Assembly (NCBI GenBank): GCA_964016885.1
Contig: OZ024742.1
Location: 337,342,001 to 337,406,000, forward strand
Source: Eledone cirrhosa
Taxonomy: Eukaryota
DNA: 64,000 nucleotides
Direction: 5' to 3'
How positions within the stretch are numbered: position 1 is the first letter of the stretch; every line of letters begins with the position of its first letter. The notes under the pieces were generated by a model. The model was given only the letters and a program-made list of their open reading frames with translations, made no database searches and was not told where the DNA came from. Of this stretch, positions 40,851 to 51,385 are shown piece by piece. The position numbers and the translations under genes were made by a program.

Positions 40851-41037
40851 TAAACACCAACTTAATAAGGAGAAAGTTGGTTATATTACTTGGTATGGTC
40901 CCATAACTCCTGGGGAAGTCGTAGAGGTACCGTTTCTTGGGCACTTAAAGCCTGGTGGAGCCCATCTTCTTTCACGGAAAGATAGAAAGTGAGAGAGAGG
41001 AAACGAAAGAGAGATATAGAGGAAGAACTAGAGTACT

Positions 41038-41150
41038 AGACTGGTACGTTTTTTTAGTTGACCTCAGCAGGATTTGAACTCAGAGAGCAGAGGGCCGGAA
41101 CAAATACAGGACAGCATTCTATACACTATTCTAACAGCTCTGCCAATTCA
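41038..41150 (-). mobile_element. Degenerate SINE fragment
   Basis: GACTGGTACG...GACCTCAGCAGGATTTGAACTCAGAG, same family as 40520-40680. Confidence 0.6.
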
Positions 41151-41883
41151 CCACCTATTGGTTATATTACTAACTTTCCACAAATTATTGATTATTTTAA
41201 AATTATTTGAAATTCATAAGACAGCGTCTTTCACTAGAAATATAGCAATAAGAAGATTAACTTGTATATATTTATCTCAAAGGTAGTTATAATACTATAT
41301 CCCTCGAAATTTTCGATTATTTTCTAAATCATTTGGTAGCCATAAGCAGTATTTTTCATTAGAAATATAGTAATGGAATGTTTAAAATGTTTATATTTAT
41401 CTAAAAACCTCCCATCATAATTTTACGCACAAACTTTTGTTATGTTACAAACACAAACTTAATAATAAGAAAGTTAGTTATACATATAAAAATGCACATT
41501 TCTCCTTGTTCTCCTTCTCTTTCAATATTTTCTATATTTCATCTGCCTGTCACCCACCTTGTGGATTGTCTCAATGTTGACCACTGGCCACTGGTCACTG
41601 TCCTCTGAGGCACTTTTGCCCATCGTTGTCTTGGACAGCATTTAGCTGTTTTGACAGCTGTTCTAGTGATGAGTTTTCTCATTTTTATATGTTTTCAAAT
41701 ATGCTCTCGCTTTATCTCGATCAGAGATAACATTGTTTTTTTTTAATTTGAAGTTAATTATATTAAATCCCTGCAAATTCTTGATTATTTTCAAAATTAT
41801 TTGAAAACTATACGACTGTTTTTCACTAGAAATATGATAACAAAAGCGTTAAATATATGTATTTATTTGTGATTAAGATTTAC

Positions 41884-42182
41884 CTCCATCATTTGAGTAA
41901 CCTTTCTGATTCCAGCTGCCGTGTTTGTTCCCTCTTTCGGATGATGCAGTCTGCCTGCCAAAAACTTCAATGTTTCTTTTGAATGAAATGTTTTCAACCC
42001 AATCACATCACCAATGCTACTAGAATAGACAACTATTCCAACATGTATTGTGTTTGGACCAATGTCAAAACTATTGATTAATCCTTTGACAAAGTTTTTG
42101 CTCATCTCCCAATGGTTATCACTAATGCTGTCCGAACCATCAATCAAAATGACAACATCTACTGGCTGACCACATTTCAAAC
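41884..42182 (-). CDS. Exon encoding the N-terminal half of the vWA domain (second coding exon)
   Basis: Acceptor aatttcag|GT TTG AAA TGT (phase 1), donor ATG GAG|gtaaat (phase 0); LKCGQPVDVVILIDGSDSISDNHWEMSKNFVKGLINSFDIGPNTIHVGIVVYSS...GTNTAAGIRKVTQMME with MIDAS DxSxS (DGSDS) and the GTNT threonine. Confidence 0.95.
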
Positions 42183-42519
42183 CTGAAATTACTGCGACAA
42201 CAGATCACATGCAATTATAAAGCATCAAGATAACTTTGCAATATAAATCAGAGTTATATTTCTATAAATAATCATTGATTATATTAACCCTTAACATTCT
42301 GTACTGGACGACACCACATTAACAAGATATTCTTGAAAAGTACAAGACAACACTATGACTGCATCACATTAAACATAATAGTTATTACTTTAGTTTACTG
42401 CAAATTTTCACAATGATCTGTCCACTAGTAAAGTTATTATAAATATTTTGACAACATCATTTTTAGATATTTTCTGCTAAATCATTACAGGATGTTAAGA
42501 GATGATTTCTAAAGAAGTG

Positions 42520-42646
42520 AATTGGCAAAGCCATTAGCACACTTGTAGAATTTCTTCCAGTTCACCACACACTGGCTTCAAAATCTGTCAAAGTCAACTT
42601 TGCCTTTCATCATTCAGAGATCGATAAAGTATTAGTCAAGTATTGG

Positions 42647-42648
<2 letters not shown>
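42520..42648 (+). mobile_element. Degenerate SINE, opposite orientation to its neighbours
   Basis: TGGCAAAGCCATTAGC...GGCTTCAAAATCTGTCAAAGTCAACTTTGCCTTTCATC...TCGATAAAGTATTAGTCAAGTATTGGGG. Confidence 0.6.
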
Positions 42649-42727
<79 letters not shown>

Positions 42728-42739
42728 CTCTCTCTCTCT
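42649..42739. repeat. (CT)n microsatellite
   Basis: Direct inspection. Confidence 0.98.
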
Positions 42740-42874
42740 GGATCAGTTATGTTGTACTATGAGCTCGCAACCTATTTTAATAGAAAGGCTTATATGCTGC
42801 TGGCACCATCCCCAAACAGTCTGATCTACATCAGAGCATTGAGTGGCAATAAGGAATGAATAACTCCTTGAAAC

Positions 42875-43055
42875 ATTGACACAGGACCAGTAATTTGGGA
42901 GAAGGGGAAGGGAAAAGTATATTATATTGAGCCAGTACTTAACCGGTACATTGTTTTATCAACCTTCAAAGGATGAAAGGCAAAGTTGAACTCAGAATGT
43001 TAAAAATTATAATTAGATACTGCAAATGTCTGAAGCTCTACCAATACTGCCTGTT
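42875..43055 (-). mobile_element. Degenerate SINE
   Basis: CACAGGACCAGTAATTT...TTTTATCAACC..AAAGGATGAAAGGCAAAGTTGAACTCAGAA...CTCTACCAATACTGCC. Confidence 0.65.
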
Positions 43056-43085
43056 CACTGTCCCTATCTATGGAATAAATAATTA

Positions 43086-43270
43086 ATTCTACTTTAGGCA
43101 CAAGACCAGCAATTTGAAGGGGAGGGGAAAGTTGATTACTGGTGCTTTATTTTATCAACCCCGTAAGGACAAAAGGCAAAGCTAACCTCAGCAGGATTTG
43201 AACCCAGAACGTAAAGTGCCGTAACTCTGTGCTACAAAGCATGGTGTCCGGCACTCTACCAATTCTGCCA
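43086..43270 (-). mobile_element. tRNA-derived SINE with 20-bp target-site duplication
   Basis: Minus-strand A box TGGCAGAATTGG and B box GGTTCAAATCC; flanking direct repeat ATCTATGGA(A/G)TAAATAATTA at 43066-43085 and 43271-43290. Confidence 0.85.
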
Positions 43271-43452
43271 ATCTATGGAGTAAATAATTACAATAATTTC
43301 TAACTCATGTGATTACAACCTCGTTTTGAGTAGATGTTAGTAATTTAATCAATACCAGCTCTAGATTAGTTTTTATTTCATTGACCCTCAAGACAACCTA
43401 GGTGGGATTTGAACTCAGAACTGTAAGGCATTTATTTCATCCAGCAGCACTC

Positions 43453-43740
43453 TAGCCAGGAGTTGTGACTGGCATATTATATCAGTAGTGGAAGGGCCAA
43501 TGGAAACTTTGCTTCCTTGGTCTAATCTGATGATCAGCTTTTTTCTTCTGCCAAGAATTGATCAGCAGATATTATGAGTAGTGAAAGCACCAATGGAAAC
43601 TTTGCTTCTTTGGCCCAGTCTAACAACTGAGTCCTTTCTTTTGCCAGGAGTATTGCCAGGAGTATCAGAATTCGAAAGACCAATGGAAACATAGCTTCCT
43701 TGGTCTAATCTGATGATTGGCTTCTTTCTTTTGCTTATTG
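43453..43740. repeat. Degenerate tandem repeat (about 3 units of 90-100 bp) partly homologous to the 63-bp satellite unit, in opposite orientation
   Basis: Three CCAATGGAAAC..GCTTC..TGG..(A/C)(A/G)TCT units; GCCAGGAGTTGTGAC and TCTGATGAT...TTTCTTCTGCCA match the reverse complement of the 63-mer. Confidence 0.7.
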
Positions 43741-43787
43741 TCATTTAACTTTGCTCACAATGAACCATTAACTTGTATGTAGTTTAC

Positions 43788-43869
43788 CTTTGGCATGAAT
43801 CCTCTCATGATAGACAGATATTAATACCATCACACAAATAACAACCAACGATTTTAGTGAAAACCACAT
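43788..43869 (-). CDS. First coding exon: signal peptide of the vWA protein (exon begins at 43882 with 13 nt of 5'UTR)
   Basis: cgtttcag|GTTCAAATAAACA ATG..., translating MWFSLKSLVVICVMVLISVYHERIHAK-G|gtaaac; basic n-region plus hydrophobic core; the phase-1 donor joins the phase-1 acceptor at 42182 (G+GT = Gly). Too short for the ORF track. Confidence 0.85.
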
Positions 43870-44164
43870 TGTTTATTTGAACCTGAAACGAGAGCAAAAT
43901 CAGTGAAACAACTTTGATATTTTATTTTATTCAATATTAAAATTTGATTAACCCTTTCATTACTATATTTATAATGATAAATATTGCCTATAATTTTCAA
44001 ATCATTTTGAAATTAATCAGGAATTTGAAAGAGTTTAGTAATATGACTGACTTTATAATACAGCACAGTGAATTATAATAAGAATATATCGTTACCATGT
44101 AGCATATTGGATTACAATAGGAATATATCGTTACCATGTAGCATATTGGATTATAATAGGAATA

Positions 44165-45419
44165 CAGTAATCCTCCACTATATTGCGGTTCACTTTTCGT
44201 GGTCCTGCTACATCGCTGATTTTTAGTTTGAACATATCTGTTTTCTTATCACGGTACATACGTCTGAATAAAAAGTGTTTAAAATTTAAACTTATTAAAT
44301 AAGTTTCGATATGATTGAAGTGTGTAACGTAAGGAAGGGGCATATTAAGGCTTTAACTATGAAAAAGATTTTATTTTTCATTCCATTACCGTGTCTCCAT
44401 CGCCCTCAGAGTGGGAGCTGACGTCTGCATGGGTTTGAGGTGCCGATACGGCAAACTCCTCTACTCCACAGGCCTCCACGGTATTTCTTGCCGCCTGAAT
44501 GCCGGACGCTTCGCGCGTCACACGGAGCTAAACCCCATTCTGAAGAGAGCTTTGACCCGGGCGAATATCCCTTCAGTCTTGGAACCATCTGGGTTGTCCA
44601 GAAGTGACAGCAAAAGACCTGACGGCCTTACCCTGTGCCCCTGGTCGAGAGGCAGGTGCCTTGTCTGGGACGTCCCTGTTAGTGACTCTTTTGCTCTTTC
44701 CCACAACCTGGATGCTGCGGTTAGGACGAGAGCCACAGCTTCTGCAGCCGAGCGGAGTAAGACCCTCAAATACTATGATCTGTCAGCCTGTGGCTTTCGA
44801 GACGTTTGGGGGAGTCGGGCCGCTGACTGCGAGGTTCCTCTCTTCACTGGTGGCTCACCTAATAGAGGTAACTGGCGAATCTCACGAGGACGCTTGGCTG
44901 TTTCAGCGCATCAGCCTCGCCATCATCCGAGGCAACACTGCGAGTGTGCTGGCTTGCCTCAAAAATCATTAGAGAGGTTGCCCAGTACTCCTCGCAACGT
45001 TGCTGTCTTTTTCTCTGGTGTTGGCTCCGTTGTTCACCCCTTCCTTTACATTTTCTTTAATATTGCAACATTAAAAGAATATTTTACTGATTGTATTTTT
45101 CTCTAATCTACTACGAACCTTTCATAGATTGACAGGAGAAGTGTAGTGTATAACCAAGTGGCTACAGTGGCTGGTAATGGTTGTCATTGTTAACTAGTGG
45201 TACGATCATTGGTGATAGTTTCTATATGACTGTTACTGGTTGTTTTTGGTGTTTAAATACAAAAGTATGTTTTGAGTTTATATGTACTTAAAGCATGTAG
45301 GAGAGGTATTTTAAGACTATGAAAACAACGGATGTTTTTATGGTCTCTCTGTATCGCGGATTTTCATTTATCACAGTTGCTTCTGGAACATATACCCCAC
45401 GATAAACAGGGGATTACTG
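44165..45419. mobile_element. Non-autonomous Tc1/mariner-superfamily (pogo/Tigger-like) DNA transposon with TA TSD, carrying a nested CRE fragment
   Basis: Termini CAGTAATCCTCC... and ...GGGGATTACTG (9-bp identical inverted ends, then degenerate); flanks GGAATA| and |TATATCGTTACC rebuild one 39-bp unit with a duplicated TA. Confidence 0.8.
44380..45105 (+). mobile_element. 5'-truncated CRE-clade non-LTR retrotransposon fragment (zinc knuckle plus restriction-like endonuclease), frameshifted
   Basis: GLHGISC..RFARHTELN..EPSGLSRSDSKRPDGLTLCPWSRGRCLVWDV, then in another frame PVAFETFG...WLFQRISLAIIRGN: motifs of PD-(D/E)xK RLE domains. Confidence 0.85.
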
Positions 45420-45895
45420 TATATCGTTACCATGTAGCATATTGGGTTATAGTAGAAATATATCGTTACCATGTAGCATAGTGGATTATAGTAGGAATAT
45501 ATCATTATCATGTAGCATATTGGGTTATAGCAGGAATATATCGTTACCATGTAGCATATTGGGTTATAGTAGGAATATATCGTTATCATGTAGCATATTG
45601 GGTTATAGCAGGAATATATCGTTACCATGTAGCATATTGGGTTATAGCAGGAATATATCGTTACCATGTAGCATATTGGGTTATAGCAGGAATATATCGT
45701 TATCATGTAGCATATTGAATTATAGTAGGAATATATCGTTATCATGTAGCATATTGGGTTATAGTAGGAATATATCGTTATCATGTAGCATATTGGGTTA
45801 TAGTAGGAATATATCGTTACCATGTAGCATATTGAATTATAGTAGGAATATATCGTTATCATGTAGCATATTGAATTATAGTAGGAATACATCGT

Positions 45896-46830
45896 TATCA
45901 TCATCATCATCATCACCAATATCATCATTTTACGTCTGCTTTTCCCTGCTTGCAAGGATGGGATGGGTCCTCTTCAGCACAGTATCTCTCCATTCGTCAT
46001 GGTCCTTTGTCATTTCCTCTGTGAGCTTCAGCAATCTGAGGTCAGCTCTCACCACCTCCGCCCATGTTTTTCGTGGTCTTCCTCTACTGCGTCTTCCTTC
46101 TACTTGGATTACTTGGCACTTCTTCACCCAGCTGTCATCATCCATGTGCATCACATGGCCATACCAACACAGTCTTCGCTCCTGCACACTACAGTTTATT
46201 CCTCTTATACACAGTTTCACTCTCAACTCGTCCATGCTTGGTTGTCCATGGACATTGTACATCAATCAGAGCATGCTTGCTTCATTTCTCTCCAGTCTTC
46301 TGCATATCCTGCATATCCTTCGCAGTTGCTGCCCATGTGGGATTGCACATCTCACACAGGTGTCATACAACCGACCTTTCGTTGTCAACAGTAGAAGCAG
46401 GTTCCTAAACTTCTTCCATCCTATCCATATTCTAGATACTATAGCCTCGGAGCATCCTCCTCTCTTGCTAGTTTGATCACCTAGATATCGGAAGCTATCA
46501 ACCACCTCTATAGATCCTACCTGAAAAATGTGCCTATCACTGACACTTCTGCTATCAATTTTCCCTGAACATCTACTACATATAAAGTTTTCCTTTCCTA
46601 TTAGTTTGCCTGCTATCCCACTATACCTCTTGTGTGCCCAAGATTTACATTGTGTACATTTTATGGAGTTTATGCCAACTCCTTTTATACATATCAAGGA
46701 TGGCCAGTTCCCTGATGGAATCAGGAGTCTTGACCTCTTTCCTACTTATCAACACTTTAGTCTTTGCTAAGTTCAATCTCAGTCACCTTGATTCCAACTG
46801 CTACTTCCAAAGCCAGAATCTCTAGCTCCT
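45896..46830 (-). mobile_element. 5'-truncated, decayed RTE LINE with (GAT)n tail
   Basis: ORF pieces 46266-46697 and 45930-46265 are homologous to the C-terminus of the 54080-56575 ORF (PHD-like Cys cluster, FRYLG, RRLxWYGHV, GRPRKTW). Confidence 0.9.
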
Positions 46831-47004
46831 CTATTGGATTATAATAGAAACATATCGTTTCCATATAGCATATTGGATTATAGTAGGAATATATCATTAC
46901 CATGTAGCATATTGGATTATAATAGGAACTTATCGTTTCCATGTAGCATATTGGATTATAGTAGGAATATATCGTTACCATATTGGATTATAGCTGGAAT
47001 ATTG

Positions 47005-48885
47005 TTATGATAATAATAATAATGAAATTATTGTGTACTACAACTCATCAAAGGTGCATGTATAGTACATAGAATAATGTTCAAATGTCAGGAAAATGAA
47101 AGAACAGTGTTGAGTCAGGATATACATGTGTGTGTGTATGGAGGGGGATATCAGGAAGCATGGAGGTTTTTAAAGGATGCAATGTCTCGGCAGCTAACAA
47201 CTCTGAGTGTGAAGAAATGTTTCCGAAAGTCATGGGAGCTGTGCTGTTTTCTGACTTTATTGGCATGTCCACAGGTGTTAGATACATAGAAATCAAAAAG
47301 GTGCTCAGGGTTGTTGTTGGCAAGATGGTTAATAATTGTGTGGGTGTTTACCAAGTTAGTTGCCAGATGTCGGAGCTTCAATGTATCCATGCCCAGGGAA
47401 GTAAGGCATTCAGAGTATGGTAGATGCCTGATGGAGGGTATTTGCTTGGTTGCACATCTCTGAACAGTTTCCAGGAGGTCAATGTTCGGAGCAAGACGGG
47501 TTCCAGAATGGTGATGCAAATTCTAAGTGTGGCCGCACCATAGCTTTAAATAGATAGCTGGAGAGCGGTTGACAAAGGTCTTGCTGAGTGATGCTAAGAC
47601 ATCCTCGGCTTTCTTGACAATTTTAGAGATGTGCTTTGACCAACGCAAATCGCTACTGACAGTAATGCCCAGGTCACGTTCACAAGAAGACTTCTTGATA
47701 TTAGTGTTGTGGAGGGAGTATGTGGACGCTGGATTTTTCCTCACAAAATGCATGGTGGTACACTTGTCCACAGCCAGCTAGAGTTGCCAGTCTGTGATCC
47801 ATTGCTGCATTGTGTCCAGGTCTGATTGCAGGAAAGATCTATAATGTTCAAGATCTGTCCATTTTATCTCAAGGTACAGCTTGATGTCATCTTCATATTT
47901 CAGTATTGTGGCATTCTTTAAGTTGGCATCTATGTAATTAATATATGCCACAAACAAAAGGAGACCAACAACAGATCCCTGTAGTACACTAGATGACATC
48001 TCAGACAGTGAGGAATGCTGTCCTAGAACCGTGACTACCTCTCTTCGACTGAGAATGAAGGACTTCAACCAGTTAAAAAGATCATCCTTCACACCTATTG
48101 CAGAGAGTTTTGCCATAAGTCTTTTGTGTGGCACAGAATTAAAAGCTTTAGCAAAGTCAAGGTAAACAACATCCACCCATGAGCTACCATCAGTGATCCG
48201 GATGATGTCTTCAAGAAACTCAATAAATTGATCACAGCAGCTGGAGTCAGGGATAAATCCAAATTGCGAGGGCCAGATAAGACTGTGAGAGTTCCAGAAG
48301 TTCCAAAGTGTTTCTCTGACAGAGGATTCCATCAGTTTGGCAATGCAGCTAGTAAGACTGACTGGACGATAGTTGACAGGTGACGTGCGGTCACCCTTTG
48401 TGAACAGAGGAATGACACTAGCAGTTTTCCACTGCTCTGGAGTAACACCGTTGTTAAGACAGAATTGAAAGAGTGATAGCTGGTGCACAAGGAAGTACCC
48501 ACCACGTTTGAGAAGCAGGTATGTAACACCATCAAGACCAGGAGAGGCATGGTTGCGTTTATCCTCAAGGTGACATCGCAGCATTGCAGGTGTAAACTCC
48601 ATAGTTGTTATAGAATTTGATGTCAGAAGTGGTGGAGATGGTACATTTTGGTCTTCAACAGTGAAAATGCCTGCATAGCATTCAGCAATGAGTTCTGCGC
48701 ATTCCTTGGGATCGTCAGTAATCTGGCTTGTGTAGGGATTGCGAAGAGGACCAACTGGAGAGTGAGGCCTCTGCTTTGAGTGTACATATTTCCAGAACAC
48801 CTTACTGTCAGGGCTGGTTGCTATGCGCTGTTCAAATTCAAGCACTGCCTTTTTTATCACCTGCTTGAGATTATTGGATGATTTA
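47005..48885 (-). mobile_element. 5'-truncated, decayed CR1-clade LINE (RT and C-terminal region) with (ATT)n tail
   Basis: KGDRTSPVNYRPVSLTS, QFGF, YLDFAKAFNSVPH, LQGSVVG, YEDDIKLY (damaged YADD/FADD), ERDLG, LETVQRCATK, RKHFFTLRVV; several stops and frameshifts. Confidence 0.9.
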
Positions 48886-48999
48886 TTTTACTTTTTCCTA
48901 TAATACAACATGTTGAGTTTACTGGCAAGGGGACTGGCTTTTAATCAGATTTACTTAAAATCCCATTCCTAAAATGATTTGTCATGTTTGCTGAGTGTT

Positions 49000-49075
49000 G
49001 ATCCAGCCGGATCAGTTGGGGACGGTTCTTTCTGACAGAACCCACTGGAAGGAGTGTTTGAGGACTGTGTCCCAC
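49000..49075 (+). mobile_element. Short LINE (RTE-like) 3' fragment, homologous to 60125-60200
   Basis: GATCAGTTGG..ACGGTT..TTCTGACAG.ACCC.CTGGAAGGAGTGTTTGAGG is shared between the two sites; 60125 encodes DQLEMVASDRTLWKECLR followed by (GAA)n. Confidence 0.55.
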
Positions 49076-49289
49076 ATGACCTTCTTAGGAATAAGTGTAT
49101 ACACACACACACACACATATATACAAGCACAATAACAACAAACACATATAAACACACACTAGTAAACTAAGATAGAATACAATAACCAAAACACAGTCAC
49201 CCAAACGCGAACACACATCAAACACTATACACACACGCAAACGCATGCGCAGAGAAGAAGACAAAAATAAATAAATAAATAAACAGATA

Positions 49290-49570
49290 AAATAAAAATG
49301 GCGTAGATATACAATACAACAGGAGGAACATAATAGTACCACTGATGATGTTGCAAATGTGCAACGAAAGAACTTTGTTAGACTATATATATATGTATTT
49401 ATTCTGTATTTTTGACCGTTGGTCAGTCAATGATAAACATTGAGGACCGAATGAATTAACTGTAGAGATGTAAAAGATACAGAAGCGAAAACCAACCAAA
49501 CAGTGAGTGTGTTCTGTTATTACTCCTAGTAATATTATTACAACAATATGACCCTCCTTAAGTATAACAA
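49290..49570 (+). mobile_element. Putative Penelope-like terminal fragment with a hammerhead-like core, ending at (TA)n
   Basis: CTGATGA-T-GTTGCA(aatg)TGCAAC-GAAA at 49342-49369; 3' end shared with 39620-39680. Confidence 0.5.
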
Positions 49571-49588
49571 TATATATATATATATATA

Positions 49589-50677
49589 TCATCATCATCA
49601 TCATTATCACCGTTTTACGTCCGTTCTTCCACGCTAGCATGGGTTAGACGGGTTGTCCTGTTGTGGGAAGTGTCTGGTTGGCTGACCTTGTCTTGCTGAT
49701 ACAGGAACTGATTTTGGCTTGATTTCTACAGCTGGATGCCCTTCCTAACACCAACCTCATTTACAGTGAGTGCTGGGTGCTTTTTTCCGTGGCGCCTACA
49801 CGTCCACTTTACAGTGTGGGCTGGGTGATTTTTTGCCGTGGCACCTCCACGATCACTTTGCAGTGGGAGGGTGTGGAGGCATATTGTCTATATGCTTCAG
49901 CTTCGGCTTGTACCCATGGGAGATCGGGTACTCTGTATTACTGCGTGACGCCAGAGGTCAGGGTCGTGTGTCATCGCCTTTGAGAGGTGTAATTGGGTAA
50001 GGTCGGCTTTTACCACCTCATCCCAGGTCTTCGTGGGTCTCCCCACTCCGTGGTTTCCATTGACTTCTAGTGCTCTGCACCTTTTTATGCAGCTGTCATC
50101 CTTCATACGCATCACATGTCCATACCAACGCAACCGCCTCTCCTGCACACAGCATTTGATTCCTCTTATGATCAGTCTCTCTCTCAATTCATTTATGCTT
50201 TACCGTTCACGTATATTACTATTACACATCCATCGGAGCATGCAGGCTTCGTTTCTTTCTAATCTACGTAAGTCTTCCACCTTCAGCGCCCAGGTCTCAC
50301 TACCATGTAACATTGCTGTTCGTATACACACATCATACAGTCTGCCTTTCATTTTGAGGGAAAAGCCTTTTGCAGCTAGCAGTGGCAGTAGCTCCTTGAA
50401 CTTCTTCCATCCCGTTCTTACCCTAGTTATTTTGTTTTTTTGAACACCAAACCTCCGCTGCTAATTCGGTCACCTAGGTAGCAGAAGCTGTCTACTGTTT
50501 CTACAGAGCCCTCCCAGAGATTGGTGGTAATTGTTTCCTGTGGCTGTCTGCTGCTTGCTGTCCCAGCACAGCTGCTACATGTGAAGCCTACATTCTTAAT
50601 TAAGCTTCCTGAGATCCCGCTACATCTCTTGTGTACCCATTGTTTGCATTTGCGGCAGAGAATGGAGTTCCTACCTA

Positions 50678-50679
<2 letters not shown>
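49589..50679 (-). mobile_element. 5'-truncated RTE LINE copy between two (TA)n runs
   Basis: Closely similar to 53781-54850; (GAT)n tail at 49589-49608; truncation point inside the Cys finger; frameshifted. Confidence 0.95.
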
Positions 50680-50720
<41 letters not shown>

Positions 50721-50727
<7 letters not shown>

Positions 50728-51187
50728 TAAACGGAATAGAAAATGCTGACAAATTGTTCACAGTTGAAAAATGGTTTAATTAGGAATAAAAGAGTATTAG
50801 TGATTGTATGGGTTAGTATTCAGTTGTGGTTTTAAGTTTTTAAGTTTTTACCGGTTGCGCATTTCTAAATGCTTTTCAAAAATAATTTTGAGATAGAGTG
50901 TCCGTGCTGTTTGCTCTGATCTGAGCAAACAGCACGAACACTCTATCTCAGATCAGAGCAAACAGCACGGACAGTCTATCTCAAAATTATTTTTGAAAAG
51001 CATTTAGAAATGCGCAACCGGTAAAAATTAAAAACTTAAAACCACAACTGAATACTAACCCATACAATCACTAATACTCTTTTATTCCTAATTAAACCAT
51101 TTTTCAACTGTGAACAATTTGTCAGCATTTTCTATTCCGTTTACCAATATATAATAACTTGTGTGTTACACCTCTATTCTTTTAACT
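50721..51187. mobile_element. Palindromic element (arms of about 205 bp), probable Penelope-like inverted pseudo-LTR pair
   Basis: 50721-50925 is the near-perfect reverse complement of 50946-51150; the right arm has an unpaired extension of about 35 nt; (TA)n on both sides; hammerhead-like motif in each arm. Confidence 0.75.
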
Positions 51188-51255
51188 ATATATATATATA
51201 TATAAAAAAACAATGAATAAAAACAAAGAAAAAGTTCCTTATATTAAAAAATTCC

Positions 51256-51385
51256 TCATTTTACGATCGTTTCTAGGATATATATGTGTGTTGGTATGTA
51301 TATCATATAGATCTATGTAAAAATATTACAAACTATCAGAGGAAATATACATACCTTCACATATATATGCTGTCTTCAGAAATGA
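51256..51385 (-). ncRNA. Minimal type-I hammerhead ribozyme motif (sense copy in the PLE terminal repeat)
   Basis: UCAUUU-CUGAAGA-[long stem II]-GAAAC-GAUC-GUA-AAAUGA; reverse-complement copy of 52422-52551. Confidence 0.65.

Larger units (their letters stand above)
44080..47002. repeat. 39-bp minisatellite interrupted by two insertions (segments 44080-44164, 45420-45900, 46832-47002)
   Basis: Unit ATATATCGTTA(C/T)CATGTAGCATATTG(G/A)(G/A)TTATAG(T/C)AGGA. Confidence 0.95.

Noticed and set aside
40870-40980. GC-richer patch as a possible extra exon inside the giant intron
   Set aside because: No good acceptor/donor pair, and the vWA halves already join without a gap.
45371-46476. ORFs GYSRNISLPCSIL / YSYYNPICYMVTI
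   Set aside because: Translations of the 39-bp minisatellite running into antisense RTE sequence.
1-47002. Tandem arrays as possible CRISPR arrays or telomeric repeats
   Set aside because: No unique spacers, no cas genes, eukaryotic context, and no TTAGGG-type unit.
44080-47002. Common origin of the 39-bp and 28-bp repeats (shared CATGTAG and TAGGAA)
   Set aside because: The matches are too short in low-complexity sequence to support homology.
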